NCBI RefSeq assembly: GCF_964213995.1
Contig: NW_027590554.1
Coordinates: 62,001-126,000 of the forward strand
Length of the DNA: 64,000 bases
Source: Mustelus asterias
Lineage: Eukaryota
Reading direction: 5' to 3'
Shown here: one piece after another, positions 63,476 through 64,000 of the stretch
Numbering within the stretch: position 1 is the stretch's first letter
How the letters are laid out: each line of letters opens with the position of its first letter
Notes under the pieces: model-generated
The model's database searches: none
What the model was told of the DNA's origin: nothing
Seen by the model: only the letters and a program-made list of their open reading frames with translations
Program-made: the position numbers and the translations under genes

Positions 63476-64000
63476 TCACAATGGGAGTTTCAGTTAGCAG
63501 ATGGCGCTGTCACACAGATAAATAGGAGCAATAATTAAACCTAATGAGAGTCATAGGGACCTCCCAAAAAACAAAATATAACCATCCATAAGAAGGAGCG
63601 AGGAACACTTGCGGAATTTAATTAGTTGATTTTAACTCACGTTCATAATAAAGCTCGCCTTTATAAATGTATTTGATCTGTTTAGTTCACTTGGTGTTTT
63701 GAAGCTGTTTCCATACCTGTCTGTAACACCGAACAACCCTTCTCCATCTTCCCTGTCAGATTTCTGGAACCTTTGACCCGAGGTCAGTTCTGCGCTTTTA
63801 TTTGATCAGAATTTGGGTCAGAGGCAGTTTATGAAAACTGAACAGATTTCACAACGTTTTAATTTTGATCATTCAAACAAGCCCCTTGTACAGATTTACA
63901 CCAATGGCCAGTGAATTTCACAATGTTTCCTTAACAGGATTGAAATATTAATCTGATTTGCAGAAATAAGGAGTAGCGAGAAACAGATGAATAAGGCGGA

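Noticed and set aside
1-64000. CRISPR array, rRNA genes, prokaryotic operons, and TCR D/J/C segments
   Set aside because: Eukaryotic context; no regularly spaced repeats, no FGxG J motif with a 12-RSS and no constant exon seen by eye

Overview
Vertebrate nuclear DNA, almost certainly a cartilaginous fish (shark-type CR1/HER1 LINEs, HE1-type tRNA-derived SINEs, shark-type GPR139-like GPCR and C2H2-ZNF). Roughly half the window is retroelements: about a dozen CR1 pieces including one with an open 1001-codon ORF2, a Rex1-like LINE, a class I ERV pol remnant, SINEs and Penelope-like termini with hammerhead-ribozyme motifs. The non-repeat part is a mosaic of (i) seven T-cell receptor alpha/delta-type V segments in both orientations (one intact with leader and 23-RSS at 52648-53234; six damaged), with CTCF-like motifs near promoters and RSSs; (ii) about 19 tRNA-derived loci, only one clearly intact (Arg-ACG), copied as DNA cassettes with their flanks; (iii) an intact two-exon GPR139-like receptor; (iv) EMC4 exons 1-3 with a CpG-rich promoter but no 3' exons in the window; (v) a ZNF pseudogene. 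No D, J or C segments were seen. The most notable items are a tRNA-Pro(CGG) with a 19-nt insertion at the canonical intron site, the interleaving of V segments with a duplicating tDNA array, a V family with a GC-AG leader intron and an RSS-proximal CTCF motif, and an in-frame SINE-head/LINE-body chimera. All alignments were done by eye, and repeat boundaries are approximate.
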